DNA of 64,000 nucleotides from an uncultured Legionella sp. (GTDB lineage Bacteria; Pseudomonadota; Gammaproteobacteria; Legionellales; Legionellaceae): NCBI GenBank assembly GCA_903877115.1, contig CAIRCS010000175.1, positions 5,638 to 69,637 of the forward strand, read 5' to 3'. Shown piece by piece: positions 26,607 to 35,886 of this stretch (position 1 is its first letter; each line of letters starts with the position of its first letter). The notes under the pieces were generated by a model. It saw only the letters and a program-made list of their open reading frames with translations, ran no database searches and was not told where the DNA came from. The position numbers and the translations under genes were made by a program.

Positions 26607-26719
26607 GTTCCCGATCGGTAACATTTTGTATTGAAATGCTAAAAACCAGAAATTTATTCCCGAAAGGGATTATTTTGTGGATTTTTCTTAAAATAACGCC
26701 TAAACTTCCCGTACGGGAA
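26607..26719 (+). promoter_or_regulatory. Three TTCCCG-centred (imperfect) palindromes phased exactly 49 bp apart upstream of hipB (candidate operators or degenerate REPs)
   Basis: TTCCCG starts at 26608, 26657 and 26706. The sites are gttcccgatcggtaac (15 of 16 palindromic), attcccgaaagggat (weak) and ttcccgtacgggaa (a perfect 14-bp palindrome ending 17 nt before the hipB ATG). Confidence 0.35.
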
Positions 26720-26735
26720 CTTATAAAGCCATCAT

Positions 26736-26963
26736 ATGATTCAATCTACTGAAAATATTGGACAACTCGTTCGCACATTTCGTAAAAAACTAGGTGTCAC
26801 TCAAAGTGATTTAGCTTTAACGGCTGGCACGGGATTACGTTTTATTATTGAATTGGAAAAAGGCAAAGCCACTTGCCAAATTGGAAAGGTATTGCAGGTA
26901 TTACAAGTACTCGGTATTCAGATCCATTTGACTCATGCGGAGATAGAAAGTGACGATATCTAA
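26736..26963 (+). CDS. hipB: XRE-family HTH antitoxin (HipB-like)
   Basis: The 75-aa ORF has an HTH (LGVTQSDLALTAGTGLRFIIELEKGK). It overlaps the downstream hipA start by 14 nt. Confidence 0.85.
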   Translation: MIQSTENIGQLVRTFRKKLGVTQSDLALTAGTGLRFIIELEKGKATCQIGKVLQVLQVLGIQIHLTHAEIESDDI

Positions 26964-28161
26964 ACTAGATGTCTATCTAAACCAAATTTTGACTGGCCAA
27001 TTGAGTATGGATAAGCATGGTGACATGCTATTTGCTTATAACGAGCACTATCTGCAAGATAAAAAAAATCCGCCATTATCTCAGTCGCTGCCTTTAGATA
27101 ATAAACCTTATACAGCGAGGCAATGTCGACCTTTTTTTAGTGGTATTTTGCCTGAAGCGCATTTGCGTGTATCGATTGCACGGCAATTGGGTTTTAGTGA
27201 AAAAAACGATTTTGCTTTGTTATCCGCGATTGGTGGAGAATGCGCTGGCGCTGTCAGCTTATTACCAGCACCATCAGCTCTCAATGATTTAAAACCCAGT
27301 TATCGTATTATTGATGACAATGCCGTCTCCAGCATCCTACAAACCATGGTTCAAAAACCGATGTTAGCCGGAGAAGATGGCGTGCGTCTATCTTTGGCCG
27401 GGGCACAGGATAAATTAGCGATCGCTATGGTTGATGGGCACATTGCTATTCCCATTGATGGGGCGCCGAGCACGCATATTTTAAAACCCATCAATCGTGA
27501 TTTTCCTTCCTTAATTGAAAATGAATGTTTCTGTTTGCAATTGGCTCGAAAAATTGGCTTAAATGCCGTAGAAGCATCTATCCAGGAAACAGAGGGTACG
27601 CCTTATTTATTGGTAAAACGCTATGATCGGATTAGCACCGATAAGGGTATTCAACGTTTACATCAAGAAGATTTCTGCCAAGCCCTGGGCATTACCTCGG
27701 AAATGAAATATCAGCGGGAAGGGGGGCCTGGGTTGAGTGATTGTTTTAAGCTAATAAGGCAAGTATCCAGTGTTCCTGTCATTGATATCAAGGCATTATT
27801 ACAAGGGGTACTATTTAATGTGATCATTGGTAACAACGATGCACATGGCAAAAATTTTTCTTTGCTTTATCAAGGAAAACAGATTCGCCTGACGCCTTTT
27901 TACGATATGATTTCAACGGTGCACTATGCCAGTCTTTCTACTAAAATGGCGATGAAAATGGGAAGTAAATATGATTTTGAGCATTTGTTTCCTCGTCATA
28001 TCGAGCAAATGGCTGCAGAAGCTAATCTATCCATCGCTTTGGTACGCGATGAGACCATCCATATCCTAAACAAGATTCAAAATAATATAACGGCCAGCCC
28101 ATTTACTGCCGCCATTCTGCAGCGCGCAGAGAAGCTCAGCCAACGATTTCAGACATTGTAA
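26950..28161 (+). CDS. hipA: HipA-family serine/threonine kinase toxin
   Basis: The ORF has a HipA N-terminal coupling region (LDVYLNQILTGQL ... GGECAGAV). It also has LSLAGAQDKLAI, HILKP and the catalytic loop NNDAHGKNFSLLY. The start codon is GTG. Confidence 0.9.
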   Translation: MTISKLDVYLNQILTGQLSMDKHGDMLFAYNEHYLQDKKNPPLSQSLPLDNKPYTARQCRPFFSGILPEAHLRVSIARQLGFSEKNDFALLSAIGGECAGAVSLLPAPSALNDLKPSYRIIDDNAVSSILQTMVQKPMLAGEDGVRLSLAGAQDKLAIAMVDGHIAIPIDGAPSTHILKPINRDFPSLIENECFCLQLARKIGLNAVEASIQETEGTPYLLVKRYDRISTDKGIQRLHQEDFCQALGITSEMKYQREGGPGLSDCFKLIRQVSSVPVIDIKALLQGVLFNVIIGNNDAHGKNFSLLYQGKQIRLTPFYDMISTVHYASLSTKMAMKMGSKYDFEHLFPRHIEQMAAEANLSIALVRDETIHILNKIQNNITASPFTAAILQRAEKLSQRFQTL

Positions 28162-28263
28162 TCAATAACAAAACAGCCTATTAATTGAGTGTATTTTAAT
28201 AAAATGGTATAATAATGAATCAAAAATTCACCCCCCCTTCGACCTCAATAATGGAGATAATTT

Positions 28264-28569
28264 ATGCGTAATAAACATCCCACTTTATTTGAAGTAAGAC
28301 CTACCACTAATCTTAGCCGAGATCAAAAAGCAAGATTGAAAATTGCCGAAAAAAACAACAATGAATTGTTGGATTCTTTTGAAGCTATGACTGAAATGCT
28401 GAGCGAATTTGCTAAAGCCTTTGAAGACAAATACAAGGCGGCGATTTCTGAAACATCTTCGGTAATAGTACCTGCAAAAACAACAGGTAAAAGAAGAAGT
28501 ACGGTTACTGAACCTGGGAATGATGAAGACGAGTTGTTGCAGTCATTTTCTAATTCTAAATTCAATTAA
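28264..28569 (+). CDS. Hypothetical protein
   Basis: This 101-aa ORF is charged and predicted helical. I recognised no motif. Confidence 0.4.
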   Translation: MRNKHPTLFEVRPTTNLSRDQKARLKIAEKNNNELLDSFEAMTEMLSEFAKAFEDKYKAAISETSSVIVPAKTTGKRRSTVTEPGNDEDELLQSFSNSKFN

Positions 28570-28691
28570 TTAGTTTATGTCACGTAACCAACGGGGTCAC
28601 TCGCTTTGGAGTCTTGACCTCTTTGGTTTTTCATTTATTGCGAATTATAAAGTATAATTCATGCTGTTTTACTTTATAATAGGGGCTTAAT

Positions 28692-29645
28692 ATGAAAAGA
28701 TTATATGGTGTTGTTTTCCACTCAAAGAACAGCCAAATCTCTTCATTTTCTAAAACAATGCAATATTTCCCTTTATATAGTATTGATGTGTTTTCTTCAA
28801 AAGAAGCAGCAGAACAATACCGCATGTCTCAAAGTAAGTCAGCATTAATTTATGATATAGAAGTAGATGACAAAGCGGCTTTTTATAGTAATACGTCAAC
28901 GAGTAATTTATGTATTCATTGTGATCAGGTAAAAAATATTAACGTTGTATACGTCCATGATCAAAAGGAAAGTTTAAATTTCAGCCAAGCGATCTTTAGC
29001 TCAGAATATGAAAATTTTGACAGAAAGCAAGCTGTCATTATGGCTTATCATCGCGTAAAAAATCTCAAGCAATACCATAGATGCCGAGATGCTCACGCTA
29101 CACTTTTGGATCATATGGACTGTATTATATACTCAGTGGATGCACTAGAAACAGCTATAAGAGAAGCCTGCGCTAACGATGATAATGATTACAATACAAA
29201 AATGTATCATGGTGTACATCAAGTTTTAAATTTAGTTAGTGACGTGTTAGGGCTTGATCCTACGGGTAAACCTTCAGGTCACCCTAGAATTACTGTTGCA
29301 GAGTATAAAAAACAAATAAAACAATTGTCATTACACAGTTCAACGACCGATATTATGGTTACATTAAGCTATAGTATGCTGGCCATTGCTTTGATTGCTC
29401 CAGGACTCGCCTTATTTGGTGCAATTTCAGGCGGTACTGCTTTGGCTTTAACGACAGTTTCAAGTCTCGCGGCATTTGGATTGTTTTCTAAAGCATTTTA
29501 TGGTGATGCAGGTTACCGTTGTACTGTTATGATGAAAAGAATGATCGACAGTAAGGCGCAAACGGTAGAAGAAGAATTGAGAGAGGATTTTAATGTAGAA
29601 GTAGAGCCTTCATCATGGATATTGGGGTGTTTTAGCAATCTTTGA
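28692..29645 (+). CDS. Hypothetical membrane-anchored protein (bilobed hydrophobic hairpin near the C-terminus)
   Basis: This is a 317-aa ORF. The hydrophobic stretch IMVTLSYSMLAIALIAPGLALFGAISGGTALALTTVSSLAAFGLFS lies at about nt 29355-29490 and is followed by a charged tail. Confidence 0.6.
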   Translation: MKRLYGVVFHSKNSQISSFSKTMQYFPLYSIDVFSSKEAAEQYRMSQSKSALIYDIEVDDKAAFYSNTSTSNLCIHCDQVKNINVVYVHDQKESLNFSQAIFSSEYENFDRKQAVIMAYHRVKNLKQYHRCRDAHATLLDHMDCIIYSVDALETAIREACANDDNDYNTKMYHGVHQVLNLVSDVLGLDPTGKPSGHPRITVAEYKKQIKQLSLHSSTTDIMVTLSYSMLAIALIAPGLALFGAISGGTALALTTVSSLAAFGLFSKAFYGDAGYRCTVMMKRMIDSKAQTVEEELREDFNVEVEPSSWILGCFSNL

Positions 29646-29742
29646 CAAAATTTGATTAACTTAAATGAACTTCACAAGCAAAGGGTATCGAATGACTGCG
29701 CCACGGGCATTAACTCATTAACGACACGTATAGATGAGCGAA

Positions 29743-30939
29743 TTAAATCTCAAAGATAAATTCCAATGCTTGTTGCCAAGGTAAGACCCTAATATTACCT
29801 ATTTTTTTCGCATAAGGATCATTTGAAACACAACATGCCTCAGCATTTGGAACTTCATCTTTTAAAAGAATCAGTGGTTTTAACATTTCTGGATAGACTT
29901 CACGGGTACTTTTAATTTCAAATAATAATGTCGTTTGGCCAGGGCGCTCTATAATTAAATCAATTTCTTGGTCCGTTACTGTGCGTAAATATGAAAATTT
30001 ATAGTCCTTTTGATAATAAGAAGATAATCGGATGCACTCATTGATAAAAAAGTGCTCGAATGCATTGCCGTAAGCATGAGTACTTGGTAAAAGAGGTACA
30101 GATAAATGTTGAGCCAAAGCGCGCACAATTCCTGTATCAAAAAAATAGAATTTAGGTTTTGAATGCACTCTTTTTCGCAAAGAGCCATGATACGACTCTA
30201 ACATATAGCCAATCAGCGTATCTTCCAATAACAAAAAATAAGCTTTTACCGTTTTCTCATCAAGATGTGTATCACGTGCAATTGCCGCGTAATTGATAAT
30301 TTTTCCATTACATTGCGCTGCAACTTCAAGAAAGCGCCGGAAAGGCATCAGATCTTTAACAAATTGCTCAGCACCAATTTCTTCTTTTAAATAAGTATGT
30401 GCATAAGACATCAAGAATTGTTTTTTTTCATTTTCAGTCTCACATGCATAAATTTCTGGTAACGTCCCCCAATGCAACGCTTGATCTAAATTAAATTGCT
30501 CCCCTATTTCACGATAAGACAATGGAAATAAATGATATACGAACGCTCTTCCAGCTAATAAATTAACACCTTCTCGTTTTAGCTTCTTTGCACTTGAACC
30601 CGTCATAATAAAATAACGATCTTTATCTTTGGTTAATCGGTGTACCACATTCAACAAAGCAGGTATTTTCTGAATTTCATCAATAAGGATATAAGGTTTT
30701 GTAGTAGGAAGTGCTTTGACCATTTCATATAAAGCATTCGGGCGGTTCTGCAATTGGTATTCCAAGTCTAAATCCAATAAATCAAAATAATGCGCCCCTA
30801 AGGATTGGTAGGTTTGTGTGATTAACGTACTTTTTCCTGTGTTTCTTGCTCCAAAAATAAAAGCATGATGCTTAGTAGGTAAGGTTAGCAATCGAGAAAA
30901 CATCCTATGAAATCCTTTTTTTCCTGGAAATAACACCAT
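29743..30939 (-). CDS. AAA-family ATPase of the AAA_14/DUF4143 type
   Basis: The ORF has Walker A (FGARNTGKST) and Walker B-like (ILIDEIQKIP) motifs. The C-terminal region resembles DUF4143 proteins (COG1373 class). An alternative start is at 30903 (MFSRLL...). Confidence 0.8.
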   Translation of the reverse strand: MVLFPGKKGFHRMFSRLLTLPTKHHAFIFGARNTGKSTLITQTYQSLGAHYFDLLDLDLEYQLQNRPNALYEMVKALPTTKPYILIDEIQKIPALLNVVHRLTKDKDRYFIMTGSSAKKLKREGVNLLAGRAFVYHLFPLSYREIGEQFNLDQALHWGTLPEIYACETENEKKQFLMSYAHTYLKEEIGAEQFVKDLMPFRRFLEVAAQCNGKIINYAAIARDTHLDEKTVKAYFLLLEDTLIGYMLESYHGSLRKRVHSKPKFYFFDTGIVRALAQHLSVPLLPSTHAYGNAFEHFFINECIRLSSYYQKDYKFSYLRTVTDQEIDLIIERPGQTTLLFEIKSTREVYPEMLKPLILLKDEVPNAEACCVSNDPYAKKIGNIRVLPWQQALEFIFEI

Positions 30940-31108
30940 TGTATTCCGGTTTTTACAGAAAAGAAAGAGCTAAATTCATTAAAAGCGTCGCTGGTCAGAT
31001 TAACAAAAATGGGCCCTTTATTTTAGGCTCGCATAGTGAATTGAGTCTTTAGAGTTGTCAGTGAGTATGTCATTATGAATCATTGAGTCAGATAATAAAA
31101 TTACTCAA

Positions 31109-31195
31109 TGGTACCGAGGGTCGGAGTCGAACCGACACGATGTCACCATCACCGGATTTTGAATCCGGCGCGTCTACCAATTCCGCCACCCCGGC
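31109..31195 (-). tRNA. tRNA-Leu (anticodon CAA)
   Basis: The reverse complement reads GCCGGGGTGGCGGAATTGGTAGACGCGCCGGATTCAAAATCCGGTGATGGTGACATCGTGTCGGTTCGACTCCGACCCTCGGTACCA. It has an anticodon stem CCGGA/TCCGG with loop TTCAAAA, a long variable arm, a GGTTCGACTCC T-arm and an encoded CCA. Confidence 0.93.
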
Positions 31196-31373
31196 AGGGA
31201 TAAGGCGCTATTATAACAAAGAATTATTTTGTTACAACAGATACTTTAAAACATATTTAGGGTAACCGTATCTTAAGTTAGTGCGTTACTAGTTTTTGTT
31301 CAATAAAAAAACCAATCCTGCATCCATGCGATCGATGGTTTCATTTGGCAAAATGAGAGTAACAACATACTCC

Positions 31374-32714
31374 TTAAGCGCTTTCTGTAATCCTAATCAT
31401 ATTCTGCAGCGCTATTTTTGCATTCTCAATGACCCAATTTTGATCTTGGACCTGTAGACGTTGCCGAATTCCGGTGAATTCAGATACCACATCGCCCGCA
31501 CGGATTTCGTTATAGTCCATGGTTTTTCCCTGACGGAGCAGATCGACCAAACCAATCAAATGAGGGGGATCGTTACGTGACATGGTAGCGCAGCCGCAGC
31601 CCACGCCAAGGTCGGTTGCGTTTTTGGGTGCTTCGGCCAGATTGACGACTTGAATTCCTAATGGCAGGCAATATTGTTTTAAATTTTCCACCATATGATT
31701 TTCGGTGGCGATGGCATAGCGTTTGGTTTTGGCGCGATCTTGGACTACATAATCCCAAATAAACGCCGTGGAACCCGCATGCTGTGCGGTGCGGATCACT
31801 TCTAAACGACATTCAGGATGGGCAATGGTTGTAAACCCTTGTTTGTCCCAGTATTCGCACATGCTGGCTTGAAAATGGGTATGGACCGCGCATTCGCTAC
31901 CAAATAAGACCAATTCTGCGCGATCAAATTGCGCGAGGGTAGCTGAGTCTTGTTGTTCTAGGCTATATTGCGCACCTTGAGTTCCGCCTGGCCAATAAGC
32001 TAGATTTTTTATTCCCAGCCAATGTGCCACATTTTCACCCATATGCATATCGGGGATGAATAAGATTTTTTTCTTTTGTTTGAGTGCCCAAAGCATGATT
32101 TTTTTGACATTAGAACTGGTGCAGACGGCGCCACCTTGTGCGCCAGTCATAGCTTTGACTCGTCCCGATGTGTTCATATAACAAATTGGCAATACGTTAT
32201 CTGCGCCATAACGAGTGTTCATATCTTCAATGGCGGGCGCTACCATAAAATCTTTGGCTAAGATTTCCATGGTACAACCTGAGCGGGGATTCGTAATGTA
32301 AACTTGTTGGGAGTCGTGAGCCAAAATGCGAATAGATTCAGCCATAAAATGGACTGCTGATTCGATGATCACGGATTTTTCTGGGTGGCGTGCTGCCATC
32401 AGAGCCAATTGATACGAGTCACCAATTTGTCCACCGAACTGCTCAACCAACCGCACAATATCGCCGCCCATATAATAATGCGCTAATAACAATAATTGAT
32501 CGCCAAAATGCGCTTTGGCTTTGTGCATATAGGGTGTCATCCATGCTAACACGGTCGTCAATTTGCGATCGGGTAGGGCTTGATACGCTTCCGCATAGGG
32601 TATGAACTCAGGTTGATACCAATCTAAGGGATAATCACTTTGACAAATGGTCATGTCGGATGTGATTCGGTGCATTGAGGATTGTGGTGTGTATTCGGTG
32701 CTGGATTTAAACAT
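31374..32714 (-). CDS. nadA: Quinolinate synthase NadA (long form)
   Basis: The ORF has NadA-like motifs (LLLAHYY, VHFMAESI, SGCTM, ECAVH, GCGCATMS cysteines). It lies immediately downstream of nadB. At 446 aa it is longer than the ~350-aa E. coli type. Confidence 0.8.
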   Translation of the reverse strand: MFKSSTEYTPQSSMHRITSDMTICQSDYPLDWYQPEFIPYAEAYQALPDRKLTTVLAWMTPYMHKAKAHFGDQLLLLAHYYMGGDIVRLVEQFGGQIGDSYQLALMAARHPEKSVIIESAVHFMAESIRILAHDSQQVYITNPRSGCTMEILAKDFMVAPAIEDMNTRYGADNVLPICYMNTSGRVKAMTGAQGGAVCTSSNVKKIMLWALKQKKKILFIPDMHMGENVAHWLGIKNLAYWPGGTQGAQYSLEQQDSATLAQFDRAELVLFGSECAVHTHFQASMCEYWDKQGFTTIAHPECRLEVIRTAQHAGSTAFIWDYVVQDRAKTKRYAIATENHMVENLKQYCLPLGIQVVNLAEAPKNATDLGVGCGCATMSRNDPPHLIGLVDLLRQGKTMDYNEIRAGDVVSEFTGIRQRLQVQDQNWVIENAKIALQNMIRITESA

Positions 32715-32723
32715 ATTTGTTCT

Positions 32724-34373
32724 CTAAGAAAAAAATGCGGGAAGTGGGGCCGTCATTTGGGAAATGCTTTCGCAAGCTTGGCTAGTTTTGTGTGGAAAAT
32801 CTTCGCGGTAATGGCCGCCTCGGGATTCGCGTCGCGATAGGGCCGCGTTCGCAATCAACTCTGCATTTAAAATAATATTTCGTAGCTCAATAAAATCTCG
32901 AGTAATGTGATGTTTCCAATAATATTCTTCGATGATAGCATGGCGATTGGTGACCAAACGCAACAAATCTTCTAATCCAGCTTCGGTTCTAACTATACCG
33001 GCATAAGACGTCATTTCGCCGCGTAATCCCAGCCAATGTGCATTAATTTGACTGGCTCGGCGTGGGTTGTTTTCATTGCCCGATTGCCAATTGGGGATCT
33101 GAAACGCGGTGTCGATGGGGGTGGTGATGTCTTGGATAGAAGACGTTGCAGCGTAGGACGCCATCACAACGGCTTCGAGCAAAGAATTGGAGGCCAGGCG
33201 ATTCGCGCCATGCAAACCTGTAAAGGCCACTTCACCGATCGCATACAAACGTTTCAAATCAGTTCGGCCATGCATGTCGGTTAAAATGCCGCCGCATTGA
33301 TAATGGGCCGCTGGCACAACAGGAATCAAATCTTGGCTCATATCGATACCAATACTCAGCAAGGTCTGAAAAATCTGTGGAAACCGTTTTTGCAAAAATG
33401 AGCGTGATTGATGGCGAATGTCTAAATAAACGAAACTGTGGTCGCTCTGTTCTATTTCACTAAAAATAGCACGTGCCACCACATCTCGCGTTGCAAGCTC
33501 GAGTTGTTCAGGCGCGTAGCGTTGCATAAAGCGTTCTGAGGTATCAGGATGCAATAATTGGCCGCCTTCTCCACGTACTGCTTCAGAAATCAGGAAATTA
33601 TGGATGCTGTGATGGTACAACAGAGTCGGGTGGAATTGATAAAACTCCATATTCCCAATGCGTGCGCCGGCACGGTAAGCCATAGCTACGCCGTCCCCTG
33701 TGGCGACCATAGGATTCGACGTATATCGATACGTTTTGCCAGCGCCACCGGTGGCTAGGACTACGCATCGCGCTAAAATAGTGTGAATTTTATGGGTTTT
33801 TGATTCTAAAACATACGCACCCAATACCTCTCCTTGGGTATTCACACAATGCGGGTGGTAATGGGTGATCAAATTGACGGCGATATGATCTTCGAATAAT
33901 TGGACTTGAGGGTGCTGTTTGAGAAAGGCTAGTAACATGGTGATAAACGTTGCCCCAGTTTGGTCGCCACAATGATAAATCCTGCGATGGGCGTGGCCGC
34001 CTTCTTGACCTAAATTATAGCCATTGGCTGATTTTTGAAACGGAATGGCATACGCTTCGAGTTGAGCAATGGCCGCGGGACCGTGGCGAATGATGGCTTC
34101 CACGGCGGGGCGGTAACACAAACCATCCCCTGCGCACAGTGTGTCGTCTATATGTGATTCGAACGAGTCAATTTCTTGAGAAACGGCGGCAATACCGCCC
34201 TGAGCGTACCAGCTATTACATTCTTCTGCAGTAATTTTACTGAGGATGGCGATTCTGATTTTAGGACGCTGTTGCAATAATTGCGCGCAATAGTGCAATC
34301 CAGCCAAACCGGAACCAATGACCAATACATCAAAGTCCAAAGCTTGTCCTTGTTGCGAAGGGACGCTGCTCAT
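32724..34373 (-). CDS. nadB: L-aspartate oxidase
   Basis: The ORF has an FAD-binding N-terminus (DVLVIGSGLAGL). It also has succinate dehydrogenase/fumarate reductase flavoprotein family motifs (ATGGAGK, FHPT, GEVAFTGLHGANRLASNSL, ESRGGHYR). Confidence 0.95.
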   Translation of the reverse strand: MSSVPSQQGQALDFDVLVIGSGLAGLHYCAQLLQQRPKIRIAILSKITAEECNSWYAQGGIAAVSQEIDSFESHIDDTLCAGDGLCYRPAVEAIIRHGPAAIAQLEAYAIPFQKSANGYNLGQEGGHAHRRIYHCGDQTGATFITMLLAFLKQHPQVQLFEDHIAVNLITHYHPHCVNTQGEVLGAYVLESKTHKIHTILARCVVLATGGAGKTYRYTSNPMVATGDGVAMAYRAGARIGNMEFYQFHPTLLYHHSIHNFLISEAVRGEGGQLLHPDTSERFMQRYAPEQLELATRDVVARAIFSEIEQSDHSFVYLDIRHQSRSFLQKRFPQIFQTLLSIGIDMSQDLIPVVPAAHYQCGGILTDMHGRTDLKRLYAIGEVAFTGLHGANRLASNSLLEAVVMASYAATSSIQDITTPIDTAFQIPNWQSGNENNPRRASQINAHWLGLRGEMTSYAGIVRTEAGLEDLLRLVTNRHAIIEEYYWKHHITRDFIELRNIILNAELIANAALSRRESRGGHYREDFPHKTSQACESISQMTAPLPAFFS

Positions 34374-35740
34374 GAGAAGGCTTTGACCAAAACTTGAGCC
34401 AAACCAGTGTACTGCTCAGGGGTAAGATGGAGTAAACGTTGTTTGGCATCTTCGGGAATGTTTAATTGCTGAATGAACTCAGTTAAACGTGTTTGATCAA
34501 TGCCATGCCCGCGGGTCAAATCTTTGACTTGTTCATAGGCATTAGGGATATGATAACGCCGCATGACCGTTTGGATGGCTTCGGCGATCACATTCCAATT
34601 GGCATCCAAATCTGCTTGCAAGGCAGGTTTGTTTATTTGTAGTTTGTCATTTCCTTGAGCAATAGAGTGATACGCGATGAGTGCGTATGAAAAAGCCACG
34701 CCTAAATTACGCATGACGGTAGAGTCGGATAAATCGCGTTGCAGACGCGAGCGTGGCAGCTTGTCTGCAAAATGATTAAATAAGGCATTTGACAACCCCA
34801 GATTGCCTTCAGCATTTTCAAAATCAATCGGATTGACTTTGTGTGGCATCGTAGAGGATCCGACTTCTTCTGCAATGGTTTTTTGCTTAAAGTAGCCCAA
34901 AGAAATGTATTGCCAGATATCACATGCGTAATCCAGCAGAATAGTATTAATGCGGATCATCAAATGCGATACTTCAGCGACGCCATCATGTGGCTCGATT
35001 TGTGTCGTATAAGGGCTGAAGGACAGACCCAATGATGTAATAAATTGCGTGCAATGTTTTCGCCAATCAATCTCAGGATACGCAATGATATGTGCATTAT
35101 AATTGCCTACCGCCCCATTAAATTTTGCGGCAATAAGAATTTCGACTAATTGCTGCAAAGGGCGCTTTAAGCGCGCAGCATAGTTGATCAGCTCTTTCCC
35201 AATGGTTGTGGGGGTAGCGGGTTGACCATGAGTGCGGGCTAACATAGGCAAATCACCGTGTTGTTTGCCTAACAGAGTGATACCGCCGACAATTTCTGCC
35301 AAAGTAGGTTGAATGACATTGGCAATAGCTTCTTTGACCATCAACGCGTAGGCGACATTATTGATGTCTTCAGACGTACACGCAAAATGAATAAATGGGA
35401 TCAAATCATGTACCAGCACGGATTGCTCTAATTTTTCTCTCAGATAATATTCGATGGCTTTCACGTCATGATTGGTTTGTTTTTCAAACGCTTTGACTTT
35501 CATGGCTTCATGCTCATCAAATTGTTTGAGAATATTGTTTAAAAATGCGCGCGACGCATCGTCCAAAGCAGGGACTTCAGGAATATTCTTATTGGCCGCC
35601 AAAGATTCCAACCAGCGAATCTCAACCATAAGTCGGTAGTAAATAAGAGCGTATTCACTAAAAAAAGAACTTAGCGCCATGGTTTTTTTCAAATAACGGC
35701 CATCAATCGGACAGATTGCATTAAGTGCGGAAAGAGTCAT
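34370..35740 (-). CDS. purB: Adenylosuccinate lyase
   Basis: The 456-aa ORF has the fumarate-lyase signature SSTMPHKVNP. Its N-terminus (LSALNAICPIDGRY) is typical of PurB. It overlaps the nadB start by 4 nt. Confidence 0.96.
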   Translation of the reverse strand: MTLSALNAICPIDGRYLKKTMALSSFFSEYALIYYRLMVEIRWLESLAANKNIPEVPALDDASRAFLNNILKQFDEHEAMKVKAFEKQTNHDVKAIEYYLREKLEQSVLVHDLIPFIHFACTSEDINNVAYALMVKEAIANVIQPTLAEIVGGITLLGKQHGDLPMLARTHGQPATPTTIGKELINYAARLKRPLQQLVEILIAAKFNGAVGNYNAHIIAYPEIDWRKHCTQFITSLGLSFSPYTTQIEPHDGVAEVSHLMIRINTILLDYACDIWQYISLGYFKQKTIAEEVGSSTMPHKVNPIDFENAEGNLGLSNALFNHFADKLPRSRLQRDLSDSTVMRNLGVAFSYALIAYHSIAQGNDKLQINKPALQADLDANWNVIAEAIQTVMRRYHIPNAYEQVKDLTRGHGIDQTRLTEFIQQLNIPEDAKQRLLHLTPEQYTGLAQVLVKAFS

Positions 35741-35886
35741 AGCTGCGTCTCATTAACTGTTCATGAAAATGTGTGCAATTTTAACAGGACTTAGGAAAAA
35801 CGTCGAATGCTTCTGGTGGAAATATTGATTTTTTATTAAGCACTTGTGTGATATAACGGGCATGTGATGAATAAGCAAGGTGTCTT

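Noticed and set aside
30940-31108. Integrase or att site expected beside tRNA-Leu
   Set aside because: There is no integrase-like ORF in either direction. By eye, no second copy of the tRNA 3' segment is visible within the neighbouring 5 kb. A sensitive alignment was not possible.
31083-31265. A 60-aa plus-strand ORF
   Set aside because: It is the antisense translation of the tRNA-Leu(CAA) gene plus flanking spacer.
31304-31341. Possible rho-independent terminator downstream of nadA (aaaccatc...gattggttttttt on the minus strand)
   Set aside because: The stem is AU-rich, bulged and only ~8 bp with a 16-nt loop. That is too weak to call.
31374-32714. The extra ~100 aa of NadA compared with the E. 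coli enzyme, as a possible domain fusion
   Set aside because: The additional length seems spread over N- and C-terminal extensions without any motif I recognise. Long-form NadA variants are known, so this is not clearly unusual without an alignment.
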